This document shows, one piece after another, positions 1 through 9,552 of a stretch of 64,000 bases of DNA. The notes under the pieces were generated by a model. That model was not told the DNA's origin. It ran no database searches and worked only from the letters and a program-made list of their open reading frames with translations. Numbering within the stretch: the first letter of the stretch is position 1; each line of letters opens with the position of its first letter. The DNA lies in assembly GCA_050290225.1 (NCBI GenBank), contig JBNKHG010000057.1:46932-110931 (forward strand), in the 5' to 3' direction. Position numbers and translations under genes: made by a program. The DNA comes from Cellvibrionaceae bacterium. GTDB taxonomy: Bacteria; Pseudomonadota; Gammaproteobacteria; Pseudomonadales; Cellvibrionaceae.

Positions 1-263
1 TGCTGGAGCATATTCTTAACCGACCGCAGTGTCGGGAAATCGTTTACCTGGAAACCACTATTACCGAGGCCAACCGAGCTTCATGGGCGCTGTTTACGGG
101 TTTTGCCAACAAGATGGAGGCAAACCTTGATTCGAGCGTGGGATTTGATCGGGAATGCCATTTTCACGGCGAGCACGAAACAGAAATGTTAGTGCGAATA
201 GGGCCATTAAATTGCGCGGCGTCACGTGCACCGGAACCATTGGATACGGGTTCCGTTCGATAA
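1..263 (+). CDS. ectA: L-2,4-diaminobutyrate acetyltransferase EctA, C-terminal part (5' end lies outside the window)
   Basis: Frame 3 is open from the window edge to TAA at 261-263 (LEHILNRPQCREIVYLETTITEANRASWALFTGFANKM...). The segment is GNAT-like and sits directly upstream of ectB. Confidence 0.7.
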   Translation, partial: LEHILNRPQCREIVYLETTITEANRASWALFTGFANKMEANLDSSVGFDRECHFHGEHETEMLVRIGPLNCAASRAPEPLDTGSVR

Positions 264-1589
<1,326 letters not shown>

Positions 1590-1889
1590 CCGGGCAAACA
1601 AGGGGATGGGAAGAGGACAAAGTCGTGTGTTTACCAGCGAAACGCTGCGTGTTTGGCGGGGTGAGCGCAGGCTGTTGCCCACAGAACCAACGTCAAAGGA
1701 GGAGACCCGGATGCTGCTCCTGCGTTGTCTCAGCGGGCGTGGGTACTTGCGGATTATGTCAAATCCGAATCGTCTTCTCATAACGCAAGGTCACGAGTTG
1801 CGAGTCCCGGGTGGTGAAATAGCCACTATCAGCGGCTCGCGAAATATGATTATTGAATTGAAAACCATTGAACAACGGGAAAGCAGTTG
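1590..1889 (+). repeat. Dispersed intergenic repeat element, copy A, filling the ectB-ectC spacer
   Basis: 300 nt with no credible ORF. Its 5' motif CAAGGGGATGGGAAGAGGACAAAG, an internal AGCGCAGGCTGTTGCCCACAGAACC block and its 3' tail ATGATTATTGAATTGAAAACC align by eye with 7981-8170. The 3' half also resembles 39740-39822 and 62654-62740. Confidence 0.5.
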
Positions 1890-2294
1890 ATGATAGTTAG
1901 AGATTTAGCGGAAGCGGAAAAAACCAGTCGAAGAATTGTGTCGCCGGATGGTAATTGGGAAAGCACTCGATTGTTGCTCAAAGAGGACAATATGGGCTTC
2001 TCTTTCCACATTACCACCATTTATGAAGGGGCAGATTTTCAGATGCACTATCAAAATCATTTGGAATCTGTGTACTGCATGTCGGGCGAGGGAGAGGTGG
2101 AAACGCTGGATGATGGCAAACGCTATCCGATCAAGCCTGGAACCGTTTATATCCTGGACAAGCACGACAAACATGTGTTGCGGGCCTTTAAACAGATGAA
2201 AATGGCCTGTGTGTTCAACCCGCCACTGAATGGCAAGGAGGTGCATAACGCTGAAGGAGCGTATGAACTGGACGCGGAGTCAGCCGGAGAGTAA
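1890..2294 (+). CDS. ectC: L-ectoine synthase EctC
   Basis: [47 protein letters not shown]... is a cupin-type EctC. The ATG at 1890 is preferred over the TTG at 1887. Confidence 0.95.
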   Translation: MIVRDLAEAEKTSRRIVSPDGNWESTRLLLKEDNMGFSFHITTIYEGADFQMHYQNHLESVYCMSGEGEVETLDDGKRYPIKPGTVYILDKHDKHVLRAFKQMKMACVFNPPLNGKEVHNAEGAYELDAESAGE

Positions 2295-2309
2295 AGAGGG
2301 CGTTTGGAG

Positions 2310-3254
2310 ATGAGTGCGACCTTCAACTTTGTAACTGACAATACCGTAGATTGTTATCCGTCCCGCAGTGGCCATAAAGCGACTATCCGCAAGCGTCAGG
2401 ATCCAGTGGTTTATGCCGGGAACGACGGGAGTGGTCCCATCGAACGTGCGCTGGTTCAGCAGTACGAAGAACAGGGGTTTCTGTTGCTGGAAAATGTCTT
2501 CAGTGCTGAAGAGATCGTAGCGTTCCAGGCTGAATCGGATCGATTAAGGCACGACCGGGAGATTCAGGCCTCTGGCGAAACGATTACCGAACCGGGTAGT
2601 GGTGATGTGCGCTCTGTATTCAAAGTGCACGCTATCAGCACTGCATTCTCAAGGCTGGTAGCCGACGCCCGTCTGGCAGGTATCGCGCAATACCTGTTGA
2701 ATGACCAAGTCTATATTCACCAGTCCCGACTCAACTACAAACCCGGCTTTCGCGGCAAGGAGTTTTACTGGCATTCGGATTTTGAAACCTGGCACGTGGA
2801 AGACGGGATGCCGCGAATGCGGGCGTTGAGCATGTCGATCACATTGACAGAAAACACGGGTAATAACGGCCCTCTCATGTTAATCCCAGGCTCGCACAAG
2901 GATTATGTGGTGTGTGAGGGGGAGACGCCTGAGGATCATTATAAAATGTCGCTGAAAAAGCAGGAATATGGCGTTCCCAGTGATGAGTGTCTCAGTCGAT
3001 TGGTGGGTGCCGGTGGTATAGTGGCGGCAACCGGAAAACCCGGCAGTGTCATTATATTCGATTGTAATGTCATGCACGGTTCCAATGGTAATATTACACC
3101 TTGGCCCCGCAGCAATGTGTTTTTTGTGTATAACGCACTGAGCAATCGAGTGGTGGCTCCCTTTTGTAACAGGTCTCCGCGCCCGGAATACATTTGCAGC
3201 AGAGAACATATCGAGCCCATTGTCCCTCAGCGGGTAGAGGACTTTTATGAATGA
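2310..3254 (+). CDS. ectD: Ectoine hydroxylase EctD (Fe(II)/2-oxoglutarate dioxygenase)
   Basis: Carries the EctD signature stretch FYWHSDFETWHVEDGMP. The ATG at 2310 follows an AAGAGGG Shine-Dalgarno-like site; the track start at 2304 is TTG. Confidence 0.93.
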   Translation: MSATFNFVTDNTVDCYPSRSGHKATIRKRQDPVVYAGNDGSGPIERALVQQYEEQGFLLLENVFSAEEIVAFQAESDRLRHDREIQASGETITEPGSGDVRSVFKVHAISTAFSRLVADARLAGIAQYLLNDQVYIHQSRLNYKPGFRGKEFYWHSDFETWHVEDGMPRMRALSMSITLTENTGNNGPLMLIPGSHKDYVVCEGETPEDHYKMSLKKQEYGVPSDECLSRLVGAGGIVAATGKPGSVIIFDCNVMHGSNGNITPWPRSNVFFVYNALSNRVVAPFCNRSPRPEYICSREHIEPIVPQRVEDFYE

Positions 3255-3591
3255 CAAGGAAGTTGCGCTTCTAAAATACCTGCTCCGCAAACATATCGAA
3301 GAGCTGGAATGGATTTTGGGTGGGGCGCAGCCATCAGCAGAACGGAAGCACAGCCAGTCGGATGACCCATCGGCGAGTCTGGATTTGACCATATCTTCAG
3401 AAGTTGAAGACAGGCTGATTCAGATTGCCAAGGATGAACTCAAACAGTTAGCGCAAAACATGGTATGGCTTGACAGTGAGGATGCCGGTTGTTGTGAGAG
3501 CTGTGGCTGTGACATCCCCCTGGACCGGCTTGTCGCTGTGCCCACAACACGACAGTGCATCGATTGCGCTGAGGAAAACGACGAGAACTAA
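3247..3591 (+). CDS. DksA/TraR-family C4 zinc-finger protein
   Basis: 114 aa with CESC-x17-CIDC, matching the CxxC-x17-CxxC DksA/TraR pattern, after a coiled N-terminal part. Its start overlaps the ectD stop by 8 nt, and its stop lies 2 nt before the ask ATG. Confidence 0.8.
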   Translation: MNDKEVALLKYLLRKHIEELEWILGGAQPSAERKHSQSDDPSASLDLTISSEVEDRLIQIAKDELKQLAQNMVWLDSEDAGCCESCGCDIPLDRLVAVPTTRQCIDCAEENDEN

Positions 3592-3593
3592 TA

Positions 3594-5036
3594 ATGGCAC
3601 TACATACCGTTGAAAAAATTGGTGGCACGTCCATGAGCGATTATGCCGCCGTACGAGACAATATTGTCCTTAAGTCTCATCAGGCTGACTCCCTGAATCA
3701 GCGAATTTTGGTGGTTTCGGCCTACGGTGGTATTACCAACCGTCTGCTGGAGCACAAAAAAAACGGCCAGTCGGGTGTCTACGCACTTTATGCCAGCAGC
3801 GTTAACGATAACAGCTGGCAGACGGCGCTGGCTGATTTGAAAGCGGAAATTTTCACCATCAATGAGCGCTTGTTTGATGAGGCGCACCTGCTGGGGCAGG
3901 CCAACCAATTTATCGGGCAGCGGCTTGACGATGCCGAGCGATGCCTGAGTGATCTACAGCGACTTTGTCAGCACGGGCATTTTGCATTGGATTCGCACCT
4001 GGCTACAGTTCGGGAGATGTTGGCCAGTATTGGAGAGGCGCACAGCGCCTGGAATACAGCAATGCTGTTAAAGCGCGACGGTGTTAATGCGTGCTTTGTG
4101 GATTTGACCGGATGGCAATCCAGGGATCATGTTTCCTTGGATCAGCGCATTGAATCGACCTTCAAGGATCTGGACCTGAATCATCAGTTGCCTGTTGTCA
4201 CCGGCTACGCCCATAGTGATGACGGCCTGATGTCGACCTTTGATCGTGGTTACAGCGAGATGACCTTTAGTCGCATCGCTGTCCTGACCCAGGCGAAGGA
4301 AGTGATTATTCACAAGGAATTCCATTTGAGTAGTGCCGATCCGCGCATGGTCGGTGAGCAGAATGCAGTCCCCATTGGTCGAACCAATTATGATGTGGCG
4401 GACCAGTTGGCCAATCTGGGAATGGAGGCCATTCACCCCAAGGCGGCGAAGGGCTTGCGCCAATGCAATATCCCCCTGCGCGTGAAAAACACTTTTGAAC
4501 CGGATCACACCGGCACATTGATAACAGGTGATTACGTTAGCGATACACCGCGGGTAGAGATTATTGCCGGTTGCAAGGGGGTTTATGCGCTGGAGCTGTT
4601 CGATCAGGATATAGCCGGCAATATCGGCCGCTATGACGAGAAAATTCTTGCTGTCCTGGAGCGGTTTAGAGCAAATATTGTTGCCAAGGATATTAACGCC
4701 AATACCATTACTCACTATTTGTCCACCAACTTGAAAACAATCAAACGGATTCGTCGTGCACTTGAAGAGTGTTTTCCGGAAGCGGATGTCAATCAGCGAA
4801 AAGTTGCCATTGTTTCCGCTGTTGGTAGTGACATGCAGATTTCCGGTATCCTGGCCAGGGCGGTAGCCGCGTTGGCCGATAGCGCGATCAGCGTGTTGGC
4901 CATCCATCAGTCCATGCGCCAGGTTGATATGCAGTTTGTGATTAACGAAGATGATTATCAGTTGGCGATTAAAAGTTTACACCGTTGTCTCGTGGAAGTG
5001 CATGATCACGGGAGAGCGATATGTCTGGCCTCCTAG
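3594..5036 (+). CDS. ask: Aspartate kinase, ectoine-cluster type (Ask_Ect-like)
   Basis: 480 aa. The N-terminus VEKIGGTSMSDYAAV is an aspartokinase kinase motif and the C-terminus is ACT-like. Its position in an ect operon is as known for the specialised ask_ect. Confidence 0.85.
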   Translation: MALHTVEKIGGTSMSDYAAVRDNIVLKSHQADSLNQRILVVSAYGGITNRLLEHKKNGQSGVYALYASSVNDNSWQTALADLKAEIFTINERLFDEAHLLGQANQFIGQRLDDAERCLSDLQRLCQHGHFALDSHLATVREMLASIGEAHSAWNTAMLLKRDGVNACFVDLTGWQSRDHVSLDQRIESTFKDLDLNHQLPVVTGYAHSDDGLMSTFDRGYSEMTFSRIAVLTQAKEVIIHKEFHLSSADPRMVGEQNAVPIGRTNYDVADQLANLGMEAIHPKAAKGLRQCNIPLRVKNTFEPDHTGTLITGDYVSDTPRVEIIAGCKGVYALELFDQDIAGNIGRYDEKILAVLERFRANIVAKDINANTITHYLSTNLKTIKRIRRALEECFPEADVNQRKVAIVSAVGSDMQISGILARAVAALADSAISVLAIHQSMRQVDMQFVINEDDYQLAIKSLHRCLVEVHDHGRAICLAS

Positions 5037-5707
5037 GACATCCTGATGGCTCTCCAACAAATAGGGATACTAACGGCGAGCTGACGCACTCGCTGCGAGG
5101 ACCCGATAAGCAATTTCGCGCATTTGGCATGAAGGCCCTGAAGCCAAACCACCCGGAAGTGGTGAGTATGCTGGATGCGGGTCATTGTCCCACACAGTTT
5201 GGATCACGAATTTGGCCGTCAAGCTATCTGTTGATCAGTTATTTATCGCATTTGACGTTGTCTGATGATCTGCATGTGATGGAGTTGGGGTGTGGTTGGG
5301 GGTTGCCTGCTGCCTACGTTCGAAAACGGTTTGGTTCGAAAGTGACAGCGGCAGATAGCGATAAGCAGGTTTTTGCTTTCCAGCAATATATTAGCGAGAT
5401 CAATAATGTCAACGTGATTGGCAAGCACTGTAGTTATGCCGATCTTTGCGGGCAGGACTTGGCAAGTGTTGATTTAATGATTGGAGCCGATATCTGCTAT
5501 TCGTCGACGATAAGCAAAGACCTTGAGCAGTTGTTTGAACGCTTTGCCCTCCAGGGTGGAAAGGAAGTGATATTGACCGATCGCGGTCGCGTACCTTTCA
5601 CACGCTTGGTCGAGCGGTTAGCAAGCTGTTACGCCAATAGCTTAACCGATGTTGAATTGTCTCTGCCTACCAGTGTTAAGGGCCATGTCTTCCATATAAG
5701 GATGTAA
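5021..5707 (+). CDS. Class I SAM-dependent methyltransferase (Methyltransf_16 / lysine-methyltransferase-like)
   Basis: FGSRIWPSSYLLISYL...VMELGCGWGLPAAYV...VTAADSD is the SAM-binding motif I region typical of the METTL21/FAM86-like fold. A GGGAGAG Shine-Dalgarno site lies 4 nt before the ATG at 5021. The gene overlaps the ask 3' end by 16 nt. An alternative start is at 5129. Confidence 0.65.
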   Translation: MSGLLGHPDGSPTNRDTNGELTHSLRGPDKQFRAFGMKALKPNHPEVVSMLDAGHCPTQFGSRIWPSSYLLISYLSHLTLSDDLHVMELGCGWGLPAAYVRKRFGSKVTAADSDKQVFAFQQYISEINNVNVIGKHCSYADLCGQDLASVDLMIGADICYSSTISKDLEQLFERFALQGGKEVILTDRGRVPFTRLVERLASCYANSLTDVELSLPTSVKGHVFHIRM

Positions 5708-5709
5708 AG

Positions 5710-7137
5710 ATGATCATTTCCTTTGTTGGTTTTTTGCTGGCGTTTACCCTGATTGGCTTATCGTCCGCCTGGAAGAGTCGTGGCACCCGTCACGATTATT
5801 ATATTGCCAGTGGCGCCATCAAGCCCTGGCTTGTGGGTCTATCAGCGGTTGCCACCAACAATAGCGGATACATGTTTATCGGGGTTATAGGCTATACCTA
5901 TGTCACAGGGTTGGCATCGATTTGGCTTATGCTCGGTTGGATTGCCGGTGACTTTTTAGCGTCGACGTTTGTACATGCCCGACTGCGTGCGGCAACTTCA
6001 AACACCGACGAAGTCAGCTATGCGGGTGTGCTCAGCAATTGGTATGGCGTTAACAATGGCATGTTACAGCGCCTGATCGGCGTTATTTCACTCATTTTTC
6101 TGTTGGCCTATGCCAGTGCGCAATTGGTTGCCGGCAGTAAAGCCCTTCATGTCCTGTTTGGCTGGCCTGATTGGGCGGGCGCTGTCATGGGAGCGGTACT
6201 CGTTACCCTTTACTGTTTTGCCGGTGGCATTCGTGCCTCGATCTGGACCGATGCGGCGCAGTCCATCGTCATGATATTCGCAATGGGGTTACTGCTGGTT
6301 GTTGCAATGGTAGCATTGGGCGGTGTTAATAGCGCCATTGCGCAGATGCAAGCGGTATCCGGATTTCTTGATTGGTTTCCCCGGGATCTGGCGCTGCCGG
6401 GCGTCGCCGGGGCAACGCTGTTCGCCATCAGTTGGATGTTTGCCGGGCTTTCTGTCATCGGTCAGCCACACGTTATGGTCCGGTTCATGACGCTCGATGA
6501 CAACGATAAAATGCGTCGGGCGAGGTTTTGGTATTACGTCTGGTTTTTGGCGTTTTACGCTATGGCTACCGGGGTGGGAATGCTTTCACGTATTTATCTG
6601 GTCGATACAGGAAGTTTCGATGCTGAACTTGCCCTGCCGACTATGGCGCAAGCGTTGCTGTCGCCGGTATTGGTCGGTTTGATTCTGGCGGGTATCTTTG
6701 CCGCCACCATGTCGACTGCGGACTCCCTGGTATTGAGCTGTTCGGCAGCAATTACTCACGATTTATTGCCCCACAAAATCGAGCACACCGGGTTGCTCAA
6801 GCTGGCCACCGTGGTGATTACACTCGGCGCACTGGGCTTGGCGTTAATCAACAGCCAGAGTGTGTTCAATCTTGTGATCATGGCCTGGTCGGGCCTGGCC
6901 AGTGCTTTTGCTCCCTTGCTTATTACGCTTTGCCTGGGACATCGACCCAGCCAGCGGTTGAGCATTTTTGTTGTCATTGTTGGCTTGGCTGTAGCGCTTT
7001 TGTGGCGATATCTGGGGTGGCATTCCGCCATTTATGAGGGCCTGCCCGGCATTCTGGCAGGATTGTTGTTGCTGCTGGTGTTTATGCCGCTTCAACGCAC
7101 TGTCTCCAGCCGTCTGCCGCGTGCACGCGTGAATTAG
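5710..7137 (+). CDS. Sodium:solute symporter (SSS) family transporter
   Basis: 475 aa polytopic membrane protein with a PutP/SSS-like pattern (GGIRASIWTDAAQ, multiple TM helices). It starts 2 nt after the methyltransferase stop. Confidence 0.85.
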   Translation: MIISFVGFLLAFTLIGLSSAWKSRGTRHDYYIASGAIKPWLVGLSAVATNNSGYMFIGVIGYTYVTGLASIWLMLGWIAGDFLASTFVHARLRAATSNTDEVSYAGVLSNWYGVNNGMLQRLIGVISLIFLLAYASAQLVAGSKALHVLFGWPDWAGAVMGAVLVTLYCFAGGIRASIWTDAAQSIVMIFAMGLLLVVAMVALGGVNSAIAQMQAVSGFLDWFPRDLALPGVAGATLFAISWMFAGLSVIGQPHVMVRFMTLDDNDKMRRARFWYYVWFLAFYAMATGVGMLSRIYLVDTGSFDAELALPTMAQALLSPVLVGLILAGIFAATMSTADSLVLSCSAAITHDLLPHKIEHTGLLKLATVVITLGALGLALINSQSVFNLVIMAWSGLASAFAPLLITLCLGHRPSQRLSIFVVIVGLAVALLWRYLGWHSAIYEGLPGILAGLLLLLVFMPLQRTVSSRLPRARVN

Positions 7138-7312
7138 AATTCATAGCGGACGTTGATCGTCCTATTCAGATTGCACGGATAGTTGTAGTGCCGGAAAAAG
7201 TGGTCGCTATGTCAACGGTGTTGAAAGAATAATTTCCAGGAGTATAGTCAATAACAAAGGAAGTGAACCTTGCATTTGGGCAATTTTACGACGCTGGATG
7301 AAGGAGGTACTT

Positions 7313-7771
7313 ATGGAATTTGTTACTGAGGGTAATGCAATTAATTGTATTAAAACGGTTTATGACCCTGAAACGGGTGAGTCTATGGAAACGGTAGTGG
7401 TTTCATTTGACGCGAATGTTGATAGGGTGCCTCCCCATGTGGCGGCCAGTTTGAACCCCGAGGAGATCAAACAACTGGATTTGTGGATCGAGGAAAGGGC
7501 GAAACTCCAATCCACGTTGGAGACCAGGCCAGTTGAAAAAACGGTGTTGGAGGCTTTGCCGGCCGTGCTTGAGGAAGCGTTGCACGCGCTGGATGATATC
7601 GATGAACTGGATATCGAGGTCTTCAAGGATATCAAACGAACACTGCTAAAACTCGACGAGGCCATTAACAGTTTTCAGCCGTTGTCTGAAGAAGAGACGG
7701 TGGTAATCCGGCAATTGCAAAGCTCTGAAGTCTTGAAGGAGCAGTTGGATACGATCAAGAAAAAACTGTGA
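7313..7771 (+). CDS. Hypothetical acidic protein
   Basis: Open frame of about 152 aa. A perfect AAGGAGG at 7301-7307 precedes the ATG at 7313, so the upstream ATG at 7298 is probably not the start. I recognise no family. Confidence 0.5.
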   Translation: MEFVTEGNAINCIKTVYDPETGESMETVVVSFDANVDRVPPHVAASLNPEEIKQLDLWIEERAKLQSTLETRPVEKTVLEALPAVLEEALHALDDIDELDIEVFKDIKRTLLKLDEAINSFQPLSEEETVVIRQLQSSEVLKEQLDTIKKKL

Positions 7772-7853
7772 GCTGTAACCTAAACCGTTGTTTCAGGATG
7801 GCACTAACCGGGTGCGAGGAGCGGACCGTTTTCTTTTTGGCTCAGCACTTCGA

Positions 7854-7998
7854 ATTTTACATCCAACCGATTCCAAGGTGCGAGCGCCCTACCATCGCAC
7901 ATCGAGATTTACATCCTGACAACTCCAAGGCCAGAGCACCCTACTATGGAACTTCGAACTATAAGCCAAGTGGTAATTTTCAAGGGGGTAGGGCAGCG
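7854..7998 (+). repeat. About three degenerate tandem direct repeats (period ~51 nt) leading into repeat copy B
   Basis: Unit 7854-7895 (ATTTTACATCCAACCGATTCCAAGGTGCGAGCGCCCTACCAT) aligns with unit 7905-7947 (AGATTTACATCCTGACAACTCCAAGGCCAGAGCACCCTACTAT). A third, weaker unit ends in TTTCAAGGGGGTAGGGCAGCG. Confidence 0.55.
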
Positions 7999-8170
7999 AC
8001 ACAGTTTAATCCGGAGTTCTGAGCCGAGGGAGACAGGGGTGTTGTAAGCAGCGCACAGGATGTGCCCGACAAGCCCTTCAGACAGGGTGGTCCGGCACTC
8101 CGGCGTCTGCAGGGCGGCGTCAATACCCCTGTGTCCCCTCGGCGGTCTCATTGTTAAAAACCAAACCGAG
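7981..8170 (+). repeat. Dispersed intergenic repeat element, copy B, with a long closing helix
   Basis: Shares its 5' motif, internal block and 3' tail (TCATTGTTAAAAACC) with copy A, and GGCACTCCGG / GCGTCAATA with copy C. The segments 8021-8044 and 8121-8149 are imperfect reverse complements of about 20 bp. Confidence 0.5.
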
Positions 8171-8463
8171 AATAGAAAACCCATACACGCAAGTTATAAA
8201 TTTGTCAGCAAAGGGTACAGATTTTTGAGTAGCAGTTGTAGGATAAACTAGAGTCCCGATATCGAGAACAGCTGGATCAAATCCAAGCTTTTACACATAA
8301 ACACCGTTAACACCAAGCGCTGTTACAGATTATCGCTGTGCCAGCGGCACATGCTCAGGTTCGTGGTCGGGTGTAATAGCATGTTTCTTAACGTCACCAA
8401 TTCCATTTTCCGATTATAATTACCACAGTCTAGCCGGCAATCAAGCTTACGGAACTTAAAGTC

Positions 8464-9537
8464 ATGCCCACAAAATACGCCCTTGGTGATCTCGAAATTT
8501 TTGCCACTACCCTGTTTGAGCGCGCCGGATTGAGTCAAGCACGAGCTTCAGTGATGGCAGAGGTGTTTATCGAGGCCGATCTCATGGGTTTTAGCACCCA
8601 CGGTATGAATCGCGTTCCGAGCAATCTGGATTGGCTTCTCTCCGGACAAACTCGCCGGGAAGGCGAACCGAGCGTGCTGATGGATCGCGGCAATACTTTC
8701 AACTGGGACGCAGCCTTTCTGCCTGGTCCATGGGTGGTGACGCAAGCCGTGGAGACCGCTTTGAAACGTTTGCCAAACCGGGGTGTGGTGGCCGCGACGA
8801 TTCGTCGTAGCCAGCATATCGCCTGCCTGGCTGCGTATTGCCCACGGATTGTGGAGGCCGGGTATATCGCTTTGCTCAGTTGTTCCACGCCCGCGGAAAA
8901 CACAGTCTGTGCCCACGGTGGCATCGACCCGGTATTCTCCGCCAATCCCATCGCTTTTGCTGCACCTGCGGACGACTTCCCGTTGCTGTTCGATATCAGC
9001 ATGTCGATTACCGCAGGTGGCTATGTGGCTCGCGCGCATCGAGAGGGAACCTCCTTGCACGAGCCCTGCCTCAAAGACAATCAGGGGAATATCAGTGATC
9101 GGCCCTCTGCATTTTTCAGTAGCCCTCCCGGCAGTATCCTGCCCATTGGTGGAATCACTCACGGATACAAAGGCTACGCCTTGAGTATTGCGACAGAAGT
9201 CTTGAGTATGGCGCTGGGCGGCTACGGACGTGCCGATACGCAGTCACACAGCGATGGCGAGGCCAATTCTGTGTTCCTGCAACTCATCGACCCGGGCGCT
9301 TTCGGTTCGCCTTCACAATTCAAACGGGAGCTGGCAGCCTTGCGCAATCTTTGCGAAGAGAGTCGCACGCCCCCGAATAAGCCCTCTGTGAGGTTTCCCG
9401 GCCGCCGGGCGTGGGAGAGGCGCAGCCATCAGCGGCAACATGGGGTGGAACTCTATTCCAGCATCATGGCTGATATCGAACCCTGGGCAGAGCGGTTGGG
9501 CGTGGCGTTGCCCCGCCCGCTTTCTGGTGACGGTTGA
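8464..9537 (+). CDS. Ldh_2 family (malate/L-lactate dehydrogenase type 2) oxidoreductase
   Basis: 357 aa. The N-terminal ...EADLMGFSTHGMNRVP... is characteristic of the Ldh_2 family, which includes ureidoglycolate/sulfolactate dehydrogenases and Pyr2C/Pip2C imine reductases. Confidence 0.8.
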   Translation: MPTKYALGDLEIFATTLFERAGLSQARASVMAEVFIEADLMGFSTHGMNRVPSNLDWLLSGQTRREGEPSVLMDRGNTFNWDAAFLPGPWVVTQAVETALKRLPNRGVVAATIRRSQHIACLAAYCPRIVEAGYIALLSCSTPAENTVCAHGGIDPVFSANPIAFAAPADDFPLLFDISMSITAGGYVARAHREGTSLHEPCLKDNQGNISDRPSAFFSSPPGSILPIGGITHGYKGYALSIATEVLSMALGGYGRADTQSHSDGEANSVFLQLIDPGAFGSPSQFKRELAALRNLCEESRTPPNKPSVRFPGRRAWERRSHQRQHGVELYSSIMADIEPWAERLGVALPRPLSGDG

Positions 9538-9552
9538 GAAGGGGGCGGACTT

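Noticed and set aside
7768-8022. An 84-aa ORF downstream of the hypothetical gene
   Set aside because: It reads straight through the 51-nt tandem repeats, has no Shine-Dalgarno site and has implausible composition (Cys/Arg/Pro-rich). I treat it as non-coding.
7772-8463. Known housekeeping or structured RNAs (tmRNA, RNase P RNA, 6S, SRP RNA, group II intron)
   Set aside because: I compared the region by eye with the conserved ends and cores I remember for these RNAs (tmRNA GGGGCTGA.../...CCACCA, RNase P GGAAAGTCCGGGC, SRP GGAAGCAGCC, group II GTGCG...domain V). None is present on either strand.
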